Shown one piece after another: positions 29,811 to 43,100 of a stretch of DNA of 64,000 nt. The stretch comes from Tubiluchus corallicola. Lineage: Eukaryota > Animalia > Priapulida. Position 1 is the stretch's first letter. Every line of letters starts with the position of its first letter. A program made the translations under genes and the position numbers. The stretch spans positions 1 through 64,000 of the forward strand of contig JAQGDQ010000472.1 in NCBI GenBank assembly GCA_030141605.1. Reading direction: 5' to 3'. A model generated the notes under the pieces. The model made no database searches. It was not told where the DNA came from and saw only the letters and a list, made by a program, of their open reading frames with translations.

Positions 29811-30356
29811 GAAGTCTGTGAAGTCTATACATACAATAAACATGTATTAAAATGAATTTGCATGCCCAGTAATTTGTTATCCATTGCATCTTCCTTACTA
29901 AGGATATCCCGAGGTGCTCATAGGTAGGTTTTGTTCATGTTGCATTACGTAACATTGTAATCATTCAGTCGTAATGTAGATTCTAGTAGTCAGTATACCT
30001 GTCCTTATTTCATGTATTAATTTTATCTTACTAAAACGTAGCTAGACCATGTATTATTAGTATGTAATAGGCCAAAATCATTGTACTAATGTATCTAATT
30101 TCCTTAACCGGCCAGCCTATGTAAATGGGCAGGACCTAAATTCTGTTTATTAATAATCATGCTCATATTTTAATCTCTTGTTCTTAATTTTTCAGGTTAG
30201 CACTGCAGCAATAGTACAAAGAAGCCGTGCTAATAATTTCACATTTGTTTGTGTCTGAAAACAAGGATTAGGTCTTTGAATTTGGGCAGAATTTGAGCAC
30301 CACCTGTTTAATTCTCCTGCCTTCATGATCAAACAACTTGAAAAAATAATGCTTAA

Positions 30357-30909
30357 CCCTTTCACTACGTAGTCGCTTTTTATCTGGGCCACATAGGCTT
30401 TCGTACTGTTGACAGTAACTTCTTGTGGTGTGTTACTAAAACAGAATCGTGTAAATAAACAAATAGTCATTTGTTATTAAACACTGATATTGAATATTAG
30501 TTTTATTTATACACATGCGCACACATCTGTGCACACATACATGCACTCATGCATTCACCCACAAATGAGCACATATTTATATTTAGAAGCCAATTTACAC
30601 AAAAGTCCATAATATGCAATTATTTTTATAAGAATGCAGAACAGTCAACTAAACATACATTTCACCAACTATCAAAAAGCAATTTTGCAATGAGAACATA
30701 CTATACAGTACAGGATTATAGAATGCACCTGGCTATTGACGCTGATTGGCTGGTTAGCGTTAGTTGCTGCAAAGCAACCCCAATCCCACGGCTGTTAAAC
30801 TTTTCTACAATGTTTTTGCATGGCCGTAGCAGTGAAATAAACAGACCTGGGTAACTGAGCTTGGGCAGCAGTCTACGATGGCAGTGTGCCGCCTTCCATA
30901 GTGAAAGGG
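30357..30909. mobile_element. piggyBac-type MITE
   Basis: TTAA TSD on both sides; TIR ccctttcactacg/catagtgaaaggg. Confidence 0.85.
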
Positions 30910-31120
30910 TTAAAATCCTTTTTTCGACTGCAATTATTGTTTTATTGGTTCTTTAGAATAAGACGGCGAAATGAAATATCTGTAATAAAGAAAACTATTA
31001 TTCTCCTCTTCTTCTGTCCTTCTTTCTTTCTCTTCTTCTCTTATTCATTGTTCTGTTAATGAAACATGACAAAAAGTGCCATTTGACATATGCATTGTTA
31101 TAATGCTACTTTGTTATTAG

Positions 31121-34100
31121 TTAGGAGTGACGTTACTGGAGGATAACAATCCAAATCATACTTACGTTTACTTGATTACGACGTACACCGGGATCACGAA
31201 CGGAGCCGGCACGTCAGCCCACGTTACAATAACTCTTAAAGGTATAACGTGCAGGGATGAGAATTTTCCACGGATACATGGAATTCCGATTTTTTGCAAG
31301 ACCAGTAGTGCCATTTTTGTAAATCACATAAATTCGTTGAGGAAATATTTATGGACCCAGTACATTATTTCACAAGCTGACCACTAGTTGGCAGGCCGTC
31401 ACTTTGTTTACATCCCATACATCAGTGTAACCACGTGTATATCTCTATGTATAAAAATATAGAATCAATTGTGCAGAGTTATTTGAGTCAATTTTGCATA
31501 TACTTTTGCATAGGAGCGGCCAGTACTTAGGCGTTTTTGAGACAATTAGGTATCATGTATCCTTGATAGTTGGGTATTTTGAATTATGCCTGAAACAAGG
31601 TAATTGATATTTTAAGTCCACTTAGAGGCTTTCTATGGTCACAAAATTGTAATTTGTTGCTGGCTCCCAGGGGGCTTTGCCCCTCAACCCCATCGGGGGC
31701 CTAGGTGGCCCCAAAATCCCGGCCTGTTTGTCATTCTCATCCCTGATAACGTGTGTATGTATGTCTGCCTACAAGTGCATCCTAGATATTTGTGTAGAAC
31801 CAACATAGCTAAACATTTTATAATATTTCAAGGACCAAAAGTCTAGAATGAGATTTGTCAATCTGCAAAAATAGCAGATTTATTATTAGATTTAAAAAAA
31901 TGCTAAAAATCAAATTTTAAGTAATCAGTGAGTAATCAAAACTTCTGTCAGTATCCATCCTCACAGTAGTGGCAAAACATATATACTATAGTGTTATCTA
32001 TACTATTAACAAATAATAATCTTTCTATCTTTTATATCATCTCATATATGAGCTTCATTCATTACATCATTCCATTTTAAGCACTAATGTTTTCTTTATC
32101 ACACGATTCACTTTAAATTTTCAGATTATTTCCATTACTTTTTTTTCTTTCACTGTGTGGGACAATCTAACAAGCCCTGCTTTTTGATTGCCCGCAACAC
32201 ATTTACCTTCGTGTATAAGTAAACAGTGTTTGAGGCTTTTCCTGTGCAGTATTTCTTATTTGTATTATGTTCATTGTAGGCCCTTTCACTAGATATTGTA
32301 CATGAAACTATTGTAAATGTGATATCAATGACTTATTGTGTTGTGCCAACCGACCTTAACTTCAAATCAGATAATAAAATGTTTACAAAAAAATTGTTTT
32401 TATATTGATAGTAAAATTGGAAAATTTATTCCTTCGCAATTTTGTTGTTTACTGGTAAACAAAAAGGGAATCGCAATAATCACGAGTTTGAGAAATATAA
32501 TAATTGTATTAGGCGAGAACCAGTCCAGCAAGCCGGTCATTTTGGAGGACAAGACGAGAACAATCATGGACAGGGGTGCAGAAGACTGGTTCATGCTGAC
32601 CACAAAGAAATGTCTCGGTGATTTGATATCTATTGAGTTGTGGCATGATAATGCTGGAAGCCACCCTGAATGGTAAATTAAATGAACTTGCGTAAACTAA
32701 GAAAAGTGTTGTGAAATGTAACAGTGATTTGTTTTTTAAACATATAAACGTGTGTTTTCTTTATACTGTTTGACAGTTTTTGGATATAATAATGCTTTAG
32801 ATAACATATATTATAAGGTACAGTAGGGTAAGTTACATATGTGGGCTTGCCTAGCAAAATCGTCCATAAATCGGCAATTAAGCTTTTCTAGTTTTTCACA
32901 TATCCTGAATCTCAATTTCATGAAGATCATTTTGATACCAAGTTCATCACTCTGTGTTATTTCTAAGCTGAGATAATCCACGTTGAAGTTGAGGTGTAGG
33001 TTGTGCACTGAAAAACATAATCTTGACGAAATCACTGTTAAAGTCAGCCATTGTTTTTTGTTGCAAAAAACAGTTCCTACAAAACACTTAGCAACCGTAC
33101 GAAAGTGTGGTTGCTATGGACTTTGCAAGAACACATTGAAGTTATGTTTAAATCCAGTAGGCGGCTCTTGGTGACGAAGATCTGGGCTTGGCAACAGGAC
33201 AAACCCAAAGCAAAATGACTGCTTCCACGAGCTACTATCCGAGTTTGAAAATACAAGTTTTTTTTTACAATTGTAGTGCTAGTTTCTAGCCAATAAAGTT
33301 AGTAGAGAGTTAAAAAATTACATTTTTGGTATTTTTTAAATATTTTCTTGATAATTTGATGCTATAATATAAAAGTCCAATATATTTAGCATTTCTTTTT
33401 TATAAAAAAATTGATATTTGACCAAATTTTTGGTGCTCTCTACTTTGAAGCATCATAACGTAGTTTCAACTATGGTGACTTACGGATGGTTTTGGTTTGC
33501 AAGCACACATATAGTAAGTTTTGTTAAATGTTTTTTCGTGTGCTTCATTGTTCGATAGATATTTGATTAACTGATCGATTGATTTTTAATGAACTGATTT
33601 ATCGATCTGCGGTTCTTCTGATGATCGGTTCTTCACTATTACAGGTTTCTTGATCAAATTGTAGTTCGTGACATTCAGACGAATCAAACTTGGTATTTTA
33701 GTTATCACAATTGGTTGGCCGTCGACCGAGGCAACAAAACTGTTTATTGTTGCATTCCTGCAGCAAATAACATTCAACTTCAGGTAAAATTTAAAGATTT
33801 CTCACAACATTTAAAAGAAATTTTTTTGTTCTTTTGCTGTTTTGTAATGAAAACTAATGCTAACTGCAGGGATGAGAATTTTCCGCGGAATTCCGAGTTT
33901 TTGGAAGACCAGTAGTGCCATTTTTGTAAATCGCGTAAATTCGTTGAGAAAGTTTTTACAGACCCTGTACATTATTTCACAAACTTACCGCTAGTTGGCA
34001 GGCCGTCACTTTGTTTACATCACATACATCAGTGTAACCGCGTGTATATCTCTATGTATAAAAATATAGAATCAATTGTGCAGAGTTATTTGAGTCAATT

Positions 34101-37100
34101 GCAGACAGTTTTTATATACTTTTGCATAGGAGCGGCCAGTACTTAGGCATTTTTGAGAAAATTAGGTATCATGTATCCTTGATAGTTAGGTATTTTAAAT
34201 TATGCATGAAACAAGGTAATTGATATTTTAAGTCCACATAGAGGCTCTCTATGGTCACAAAATTGCAATTTGCTGCTGCCTACGCGGCCCCCAAACCCCC
34301 GGCCCGTTTCAGATTCTCAACGTTTTTATCAGTATAAGAATTTCATAAACCAACTTCTAACTTCTTCTTGAAGAAATGAAGCAACTGACTTTGCATGAAT
34401 TTTCGTAATTTTTAATGGTAATTATCAGATTTTTGGGATTTTTCTTCTTTTTTATTAATTCACTTATATAAGTTATGCTTTTTAAATAAATTGCACATCA
34501 ATATTTTTGACATTAATTCGTTTCTAAGATTCATTTAAAGCCGTTGCAATGCATACTAAAATGATGAGTGATGGATTCATACTTGTACAGTAGTAGTATA
34601 CCCTTCTGTTAATTAACTCAGTCGGTTAATTGGGTCAAAACACTTCTGTCTCAACGTGAGTCTATTAAGCGGCGCCCTCTGTAACTGTCATTTAATAGCT
34701 CAAAACTTAGTCACTTATTATCCAAAAATCTGAACACTAATACTTACATTTCGTTGTGTTTGACATTGTAAATTCCAGAATGGCTCTCTTAATAAATAAA
34801 ATACTTAATTGTGTTATTCATTAATGAATTTGCAATCATTATTGGATCAATCTTTTCCTAACACTTAGTTATTGAAGCTGTTGCTTACAGATGTTTTCCA
34901 ACTTGTTTAAAGACAACACGCTTCGCGACATGAAGGATAATCACCTTTGGGCCAGTATATTTCTGAAGCCTGTAAACAGTAATTTTACTAGAGTACAGGT
35001 ATCGTTTACAATATATTCAATTCAATTCAATTATATAATGCAGGGGTGTGCAAATTATCTGACTAGTCGGGCCACATTAAACTTTCCAGCAATTCCTGCT
35101 TGCCACAGGCAGTTTGATCAAGGAGCTAAGTACAGAAAGGCCTAATAACGAATTTTTTGCATCCGACCTGCGTACATCATTACTACTACACTCAAGAAAC
35201 TATATTAGAAGTTATTAAAATTTATATGACAAACCATATATTTCTGCTTTCAGGACAGATAGTGGTAATTTCATTACAATGCATATTAGTAATGTGTATC
35301 ACACAGTCTGTGTAGTACAGTGACATTAAGCTACAACCGTCTTGTAAGGGTTAATGGCATCCGATCTAGTAGAAAGAACTACCCGCACTATCTTTGGGAT
35401 CGTGGCACGGACTTCAGCTGGATACACTCAATTAATCGCCCGGGCCGCACTTTCATTAGGTTGACAAATCTCTTTGCGGGCCACCCCAATTCTATCGACG
35501 GACCGCAATTTGCACACCCCTGGTATAATGTATATAATATATATACGTAACACTAAATGATGAAGTTAACAGTTGTAGTTATACAGAAACTATGTTGATG
35601 ACTTTTGTCATTCTTAGTATAATGCAAACCACATTGCTAACTTTTAACTCTGAAACCATGTTGTAACTTTTAGGGCTTCTAGTATGACAAAAACTACGTT
35701 GGTAATAGCACTTTGACCCGGAACCCAACTCCCGATTTTTTCAAAGTTTTGGCCAAACAGCTTGTAGAAAAATGTTCTAGCGTCGCCTGGTGGAACTCTC
35801 ACAAGGAGATACATCGCTCTTTAGAAAGAGTAAGACAAGGGATACACCGTGGGCGGGCTTTTTAGTAAACTCCCACTGTGAGGAGTGGCGACGAGTTAAT
35901 TAGATGTTCTATTTTCGGCAATTCTTGCTTGGAAAACTGCTGACACAAAGCCATTGTTGTGACGTCATCCATTGTACTCTGCCTATAAACTTATAACATT
36001 AATTCAGTAAAAGCTGCCGCTGCTGACTTTACGTTGTAAATGAGGACTATGTAGGATGTTCGCGCATTGTTGATTACAGGTAGATTATACGCAAATTTTC
36101 TGCGGGACCTTTGCTAGTTTAATATGATTTCGGGAAGTTTACGGAAGTTCTATTACCATTTTTATGTCTTCTTACAATTTTTATTTTATTTTTCAGAGAT
36201 TATCCTGTGTCTTGACGCTGCTTTTAACTACAATGTTGGCTAACATCATGTTTTACGGGATTCCTACAGACAATCCCGGGGATCAACTAGTTATTGGGAA
36301 AGTATTTAGGTTCTCCTGGGTTCAACTGTCTGTAGGTAGTTATCCTACTTCTAAATTATTAATCTCCCAGTTATCCTACTTCTAAATTATTAATCTCCCA
36401 GTTATCCTACTTCTAAATTATTAATCTCCCAGTTATCCTACTTCTAAATTATTAATCTCCCAATTATCCTACTTCTAAATTATTAATCTCCCAGTTATCC
36501 TACTTCTAAATTATTAATCTCCCAGTTATCCTGTACATTCTTTTTCATGTCATCTTCTAATTGATACTTTCTGATTTTGTGTGATTCTCAAATTGCAGTA
36601 TGTGCTGCCCTCTGTGTACAAGTCGAATTTTTGAGAGACGATTTTGAGGTGAAATTTTTGGGGGTCGACTTATACTTACGATATGTTTCTGGGAGATGTC
36701 GCTAAAGAGTCGTCTGCAATACGAATTTGTAAAGAAATAATCCTTCATTATACGCTGGACTGAATGAACACTCATACTGTCATACTTCACATCAGAGAAA
36801 GTTCGCATCTTGGCTTTAATTAACAAATATTACTGTAATTTATTTTAACGTATGTGAAATTAAGTTAAAATTTATATATCACCGGTAAATAAACTAGCGA
36901 TGTCGCACTCTATCAGAACATGTAAATCGCCATTGTTGTGCAGGTGCTGCCACCTGTCGATTTCCTTGGCAAGTTTTACACTGCCCTTGTATATGTGTGT
37001 TTTATAGGCAAAACATCGGTTACCAGCATACGCACATTTATAAAACACAACTACGCAGAGATATTAATTTTAATAAGTTTTTTTTTTTTCTTGAAATGGA

Positions 37101-40100
37101 AAGGTGATGAACCACAATTTACTCTGGAAGATCTTAATATTTTAGGGTCGACTTGTACACAGGAAATATATAAAATGATGCAATTTCTGGTCTTAAAATG
37201 CACATCCACTTGTACACGCGTATATACGGTATTATTATTGGTTTTTCTTAGGCTTAACCAGTAGTTTGGTGGTGGTTCCTATTAATCTTGTCATTGTTTA
37301 TGTATTTCGACTGAGTAAGAGACGAACACCTCCAGATTACCAGTCGTACTGTTTAGCTAGTCAAGCATCAGATGAGAGCGGACTGTGCGAGTAAGTGTCA
37401 AAAATTATTGATTTTTTGTTCGCAATAACACGTAGCAGTTAGCCACTTGTAAAGAGCTGATAATGGACCAATTTAATATTAAAAAATAAAACAGCAAATA
37501 TTTATTTCTGTAAGATTTATTAATTTTTTGCCTTTCAAGTATAATATACTCCATTACTTGGCTGTAAATTAAAATTGGTGGACAGCATTTTGGCGCTTAA
37601 ATTTTTTAGTGAGTTAATCTGAATATTTGTATTTTTTGTAGGAAGTACTGCACGCTCAGCGGTATCGTGAAAAGTGTTTCTGAGATGTATGCGCGTATGT
37701 TTGGACGAAAAGAAGTGGACATTCTGGATGAAGTGTACGGCGAAACGTTTGTGACCCAGGTGAAGTTGGCTTTCATTAGCGTTTTGAAGGTGGATCGTAT
37801 TTACTGTCCAAAAGTTTTTTAAAGGACAAGAAAAGAGGCAAATGCAATAGGTTTAAGAAAAACCGCCTTATAAAATTATAATACTTTACAGCAATTTTAT
37901 GCTCGTATCCTATTCGCGTTGAAAGGAATTTGTTTTCATTTTAAATTTCCCGCAATGCTGTTCCGATGTCGCCATTACATGACGTCACTAAACCACGTAA
38001 GTCAGGGGAAGAAAAGGCAATGTTAAATTATTTCCGTGCAATTCTATATTACTTACCATTTCACTTAGCCGCTGGAAAGACTCATGTAACTAGACTAATA
38101 ATTTAAAATGTTTGTGCCAATTGGTAAAATGTCGCTGATTCACCCTCCAGGGTGCTCCACTCGCTAGCCAAAAATGTATTTTTAATCTTATTGACGAGAT
38201 TCAGTAATGTAAAATTTTACTTAATTAGCAACATGTATGCTACAAATGCTCTGATTATTTTTTAAAATTTTTCTTAGAGTTATCAAAACTTGTTTTAAAC
38301 GACCTACCATTAAAATGGCTGCGTCTAACGGTCATCGCGGGAGTTTAAATTTACACGTTTTATACAGCGTTACGGCCGATGCAAGCCACGTATACAGAAA
38401 GGTTGTATGTAAGTGTTATAAAATTTAGAGACGAATTTCTTAAGCTTTATGTAAGTGTAAGGTTTTCTTGTGCTTTAATAAGTGCAATCATAAAACAGTT
38501 TAAATCAAATATTATCATCCTGTCACTGTTTCAGATTCAAATATGTTTTGCTTATAAATAGGAAAAGAGCAGTAGAGGAAATCATTTGAATAGCCTGAAG
38601 TACGTGGGATTGTATTCCAAACGTGGTGCTTCAATGATGAAAAGCTTTTCGTTTATAAGTTATCACGACGTGGGAAAAGTGCGTTCTGAGCTTCAACCAG
38701 AACCCCAGAAGACATTTGAACTCCCGTGGTGGTGCGCGTACATTGGATGGTTTCTTGTAGTCAGCACCTCTATTACCTGTTCGTACCTGGTCATGCTGTA
38801 CGGTTTGAAGTACGGATACAGGAAAAGTGTGGACTGGCTGATCTCCATGGTAACCGGGATATTTCAGAGTGTTTTCCTGATTCAACCCGGCAAAGTTCTC
38901 GTTGTTGCTGCCTTTACGGCGCTCATCTTCAAAAAACCATCAGCTGAGGTGGAGACAAAGCATTTTGATGCGCCGCTAATGGCCGAAGATACTTACCTAC
39001 AAGAAGAATGGCTTGACGGTTACAAAAGGTTAATACAACCATTTAACCCTTTACGTACTTTGATTAGGAGCATTTTAGTTTATTTTCTCAAAATTGGGTA
39101 AATCTCATTTTTTATTATTCTTTTCACCCGGTTTTATTTTCAAGTTTACTTGGTAGAATTTAAGAAAATCAATCAGTTGCTGTGCCATGTTTAGTAATTA
39201 TGGCTTCGTCTGTGTTGATTTTATAGATATCGTTTGGCTTTGCGACCTTGATCTTTTTAACCCAAAACTTGTAAATTTCCAAATTCGGATTCACATTCAT
39301 TTTATTTTCCCTTTTGTACATATCACACTTACCGGGGATGAGAACAGGGCTATGCGATGGTGTGGGCCATGCTTTAGAACAGGTCCACCAAAAAAAGTAC
39401 CGACGAGTTAATTAGATGTTCTATTTTTGTCAATTTTCGCTTAGAAAACTGCTGACGCAAAGCTATTGTTGTGACGTCATCCATTAAACTCTGTCTATAA
39501 TCTTATAACCTTAACTCAGTAAAAGCTGCTGGCTTTGCGTTATAAATGAGGATTATGTTGGATGTTCGCGTATTATTGATTATAAGTGTATTTATATGCA
39601 AATTTTTTTGCGATGCCTTTGCTAGTTAAGGAATTAATTCACTTATACTTACATATAAGGCAGATCAACATGATCGGTGTGATTTATACCATAAACAAAT
39701 TCATGGTAAGTGTATCGATCAGGCTCCTTATCGTCGGTCACATTTACAGTTTCAGCAGCATAGTATCCACAACGCCCATCACTCTCACGTCCAAAAGCAA
39801 AGTCATCATCGTTGTCGTCAATATCTTCTCCGCGAGCCCCGTGTTCGTGTCCCGCGTCGCTGTACGGAGCTTTGCGTATGAATCAGGAATATGTAGGTTG
39901 TTTGCGCATTATTGATTATATACAAGTGTGTTTATACTCAAAATATTTTGCGGGGCCTTTGCTAGTTTTGCAAACAATCTGTAATCACAATTTTTCCCCC
40001 TTTTCATCTAATACAATGATAGTTTTGTGCCTTAGATATCTAATTCAAACATTTTTTTACATAGGAATTCGAATTACAGAAAAAGGCATTACTTGTACAC

Positions 40101-43100
40101 GCCTCCGGATAAAAAATTTGTAGCGGAAGCGCAGGAGAATAAAAATTACACCAACGAAATGAACGCAATTCTTAAAGAGCTGTTTCTCTTCCTCTGCTTC
40201 ATAGCGAGTTTGTCTGTGATCGTGTATAATTTCCGTGATGCAAGGTGGGTAAAAGGTGTCTAAGTTGCCAGCTGATCATTATGGCAATAATTGTAGGATT
40301 CTTCTGCTTAAACTTCTTTAATTACACTTGCAGGGATGAGACTTTTCCGCGGATACGCGGAATTCTGAGTTTTTGGAAGACCAGTAGTGCCATTTTTGTT
40401 AATCGCGTAAATTCGTTGAGAAAATTTTTACGGACCCAGTACATTATTTCACAAGCTGACCGCTAGTTGGCAGGCCGTCACTTTGTTTACATCACGTACA
40501 TCAGTGTAACCACGTGTATATCTCTATGTATAAAAATATAGAATCAATTGTGCGGAGTTATTTGAGTCAATTGCAGACAGTTTTTATATACTTTTGCATA
40601 GGAGCTGCCAGTACTTAGGTGTTTTTGAGACAATTAGGTATCATGTATCCTTGATAGTTGGGTATTTTAAATTATGCATGAAACAAGGTAGTTGATATTT
40701 TAAGTCCACTTAGAGGTTCTCTATGGTAACAAAATTGCAATTTCAACCCCATTGGGGGCCTACGCGGCCCTAAAACCCCCGTCCTGTTTCAGAGTTTTTT
40801 GCAATTTGTCATTCTCATCCCTGCACTTGCTAAATGTGGATGCTTAAACACTGCGAGTTTTTTAAAACAGAGAATATGGAAAGAAAAAAAATAAGCATCA
40901 AAAGAGTGTAATATAGGAAAATTTATGAGAAAAAGTAAGTATGAGAAAGAGCAACAATTGTTTTTCTCCTCATCTCCTAAGTAATTGTTGCTCTTTCTTT
41001 TTACTTACTTTTCTTACTTTTTCTCATAAATTTTTTTGCATTTTCAGGGCCTACATGGTGACCAAAACTGTTGAGGACTTGGTCATCAATGCAGATTATG
41101 AAGGAAATACGAAGTTCACTGACGTAGGTAGTTTTTGATCATTGTATGTGTGCTTGCAAACCAAAACTGTCGTGTTGTGTTTTCAAAAGTAAATGTTGTG
41201 AAAAATTTTTAAATTTTACCTGAAATTTATCACAAATTAACCAATTGTGATAACTATATTGCAGTTTGTTGCTGGCAACCCCATTGGGGGCCTAGGTGGC
41301 CCCAAAAAACCCCGGCCTGTTTCAGAGTTTTTGCAATTTGTCATTTTAATCCCTGATCTGTAGAAGAAAATGCCATAAATATGTAATTAGTAGCTGTTTT
41401 GTTTTCAATTTTACATATATCACTGTAGTATGTCACTGGTTTAGCACTGAGACGTCCGCTGAACACTTGTTTAATTTAAATGAACTATAAACAGAAACCC
41501 CGCTGGGCTCTTGTTTTGGGTATAAGCACGTGGTGCCTCCTTGTGTTTGTTTTTTGCAAATTTAGGCTGTTCGTAGACAGTTGAGCTAGGGCAGAAAATA
41601 GGCCATTGGCGTCATTTTGCAGACAGGATAGGAAAGAAGTCATTCTTGTTCAGTATGTCGTGTCGTTTTATAACAAAATTTTGACAGTCGAGTTCTCTTT
41701 AGCAAGTTAGTAAGATGCGGCAAAGAACGAAGTCGAGTCGCACATAATATGTCAGTCAGTCAGTGAGTCAGTCAAATATGTCATGATGTGATACTGATTT
41801 TGGGGTGAGACGATGACTGCCCATTTTGGACAATAAAGAATCATATATTACATGTAAAAGACTGTTGGACTTGTATCTAACGCATGTTGCGCACAGCTCT
41901 TGTTTGATTCAAATGAACTTTGGTTCTGTTTTGGTTCATGTATCGCATCTTCATGCGCTTTTGTTTATAGATATCAAGCGTGAGTTCCATGTGGGATTAC
42001 ATCCGGAACACATTGCAACCTAATCTACACCCAGATACACTCTACAATGGAGATGAGGCACCAGAGGGATACGCTACAGATGTTACTACGCTGTTAGTTG
42101 GTGTTGTGAGACTAAGGCAGTTACGCATAAAACCGGGTTGGTAAAGTAATAATAATAATAATAATAATCTTTTTTATTTATCTTGCAATCATAATAATAA
42201 TAATAATAATAATAATCTTTTTTATTTATCTTGCAATCATAATAATAACAATCTTTTTTATTTATACAGGTATAATACAAATAATTTGAAAAAAATGTGA
42301 AGAAAGGGCAGGGAAAGACCAGTTGGTCATCTAATCAGCTGCCCTTTGGTTAATGATTATAAATACAATCATGGATAAGTTCCAATTATTTAATACAAAA
42401 AGATTTATTTAAAACTATAAGTTGTTCATCACGCATAAAATTGAATTTTGCCACTGGAATAAAAATGGCGCACACACCTGGAATAAAAAAAAAACAATAT
42501 GCAAAATCTTCGTTGAACATTTTTAAAAGTGCTGTCCTACAGTGTATCAGTGTTAGTACTGATTGTAGTTAGAATTTAATTTTTACAAATGATATTAAAT
42601 TGATATGTTTATAACGTTTTATATATAGCATATTAATACAATTCATATGCAATAATAATAAGTGTATGATAAAAAATCAAACAAGGACTAAAAATAAAAA
42701 TTTGACAACGGGCAACTGAAATATACTTCTTGACACAAGCAAAATTTTTGACAGTCATAAAAATAAATTATCATGTAAATAATGGAACTGCAAATCAGGT
42801 GTGTCTATATATTGGTATATTAAAGTATGTTAAATTGGGAGTTAGTTTCTCACAATGTACAGTTGATCTCTGAGGTATTTCAAGTATGCAGTAAGAACAT
42901 TTTTGCCTAGTCTGTTCTTTACAATTTAGGTTTGTGTTCAGTACATCGTCTTTTGGAACCGTTTGGAAGAAAGTGCGTCTCCGCATACTCGTGGCCCTGG
43001 GAGGATATTGCCCCATATATGTCGGGATGGCGCGAACGGCCATTTCCTTCTTTTCCTGCTGACCACTGGACATTTCAGTCAACACTGGAACTGAGAACGC

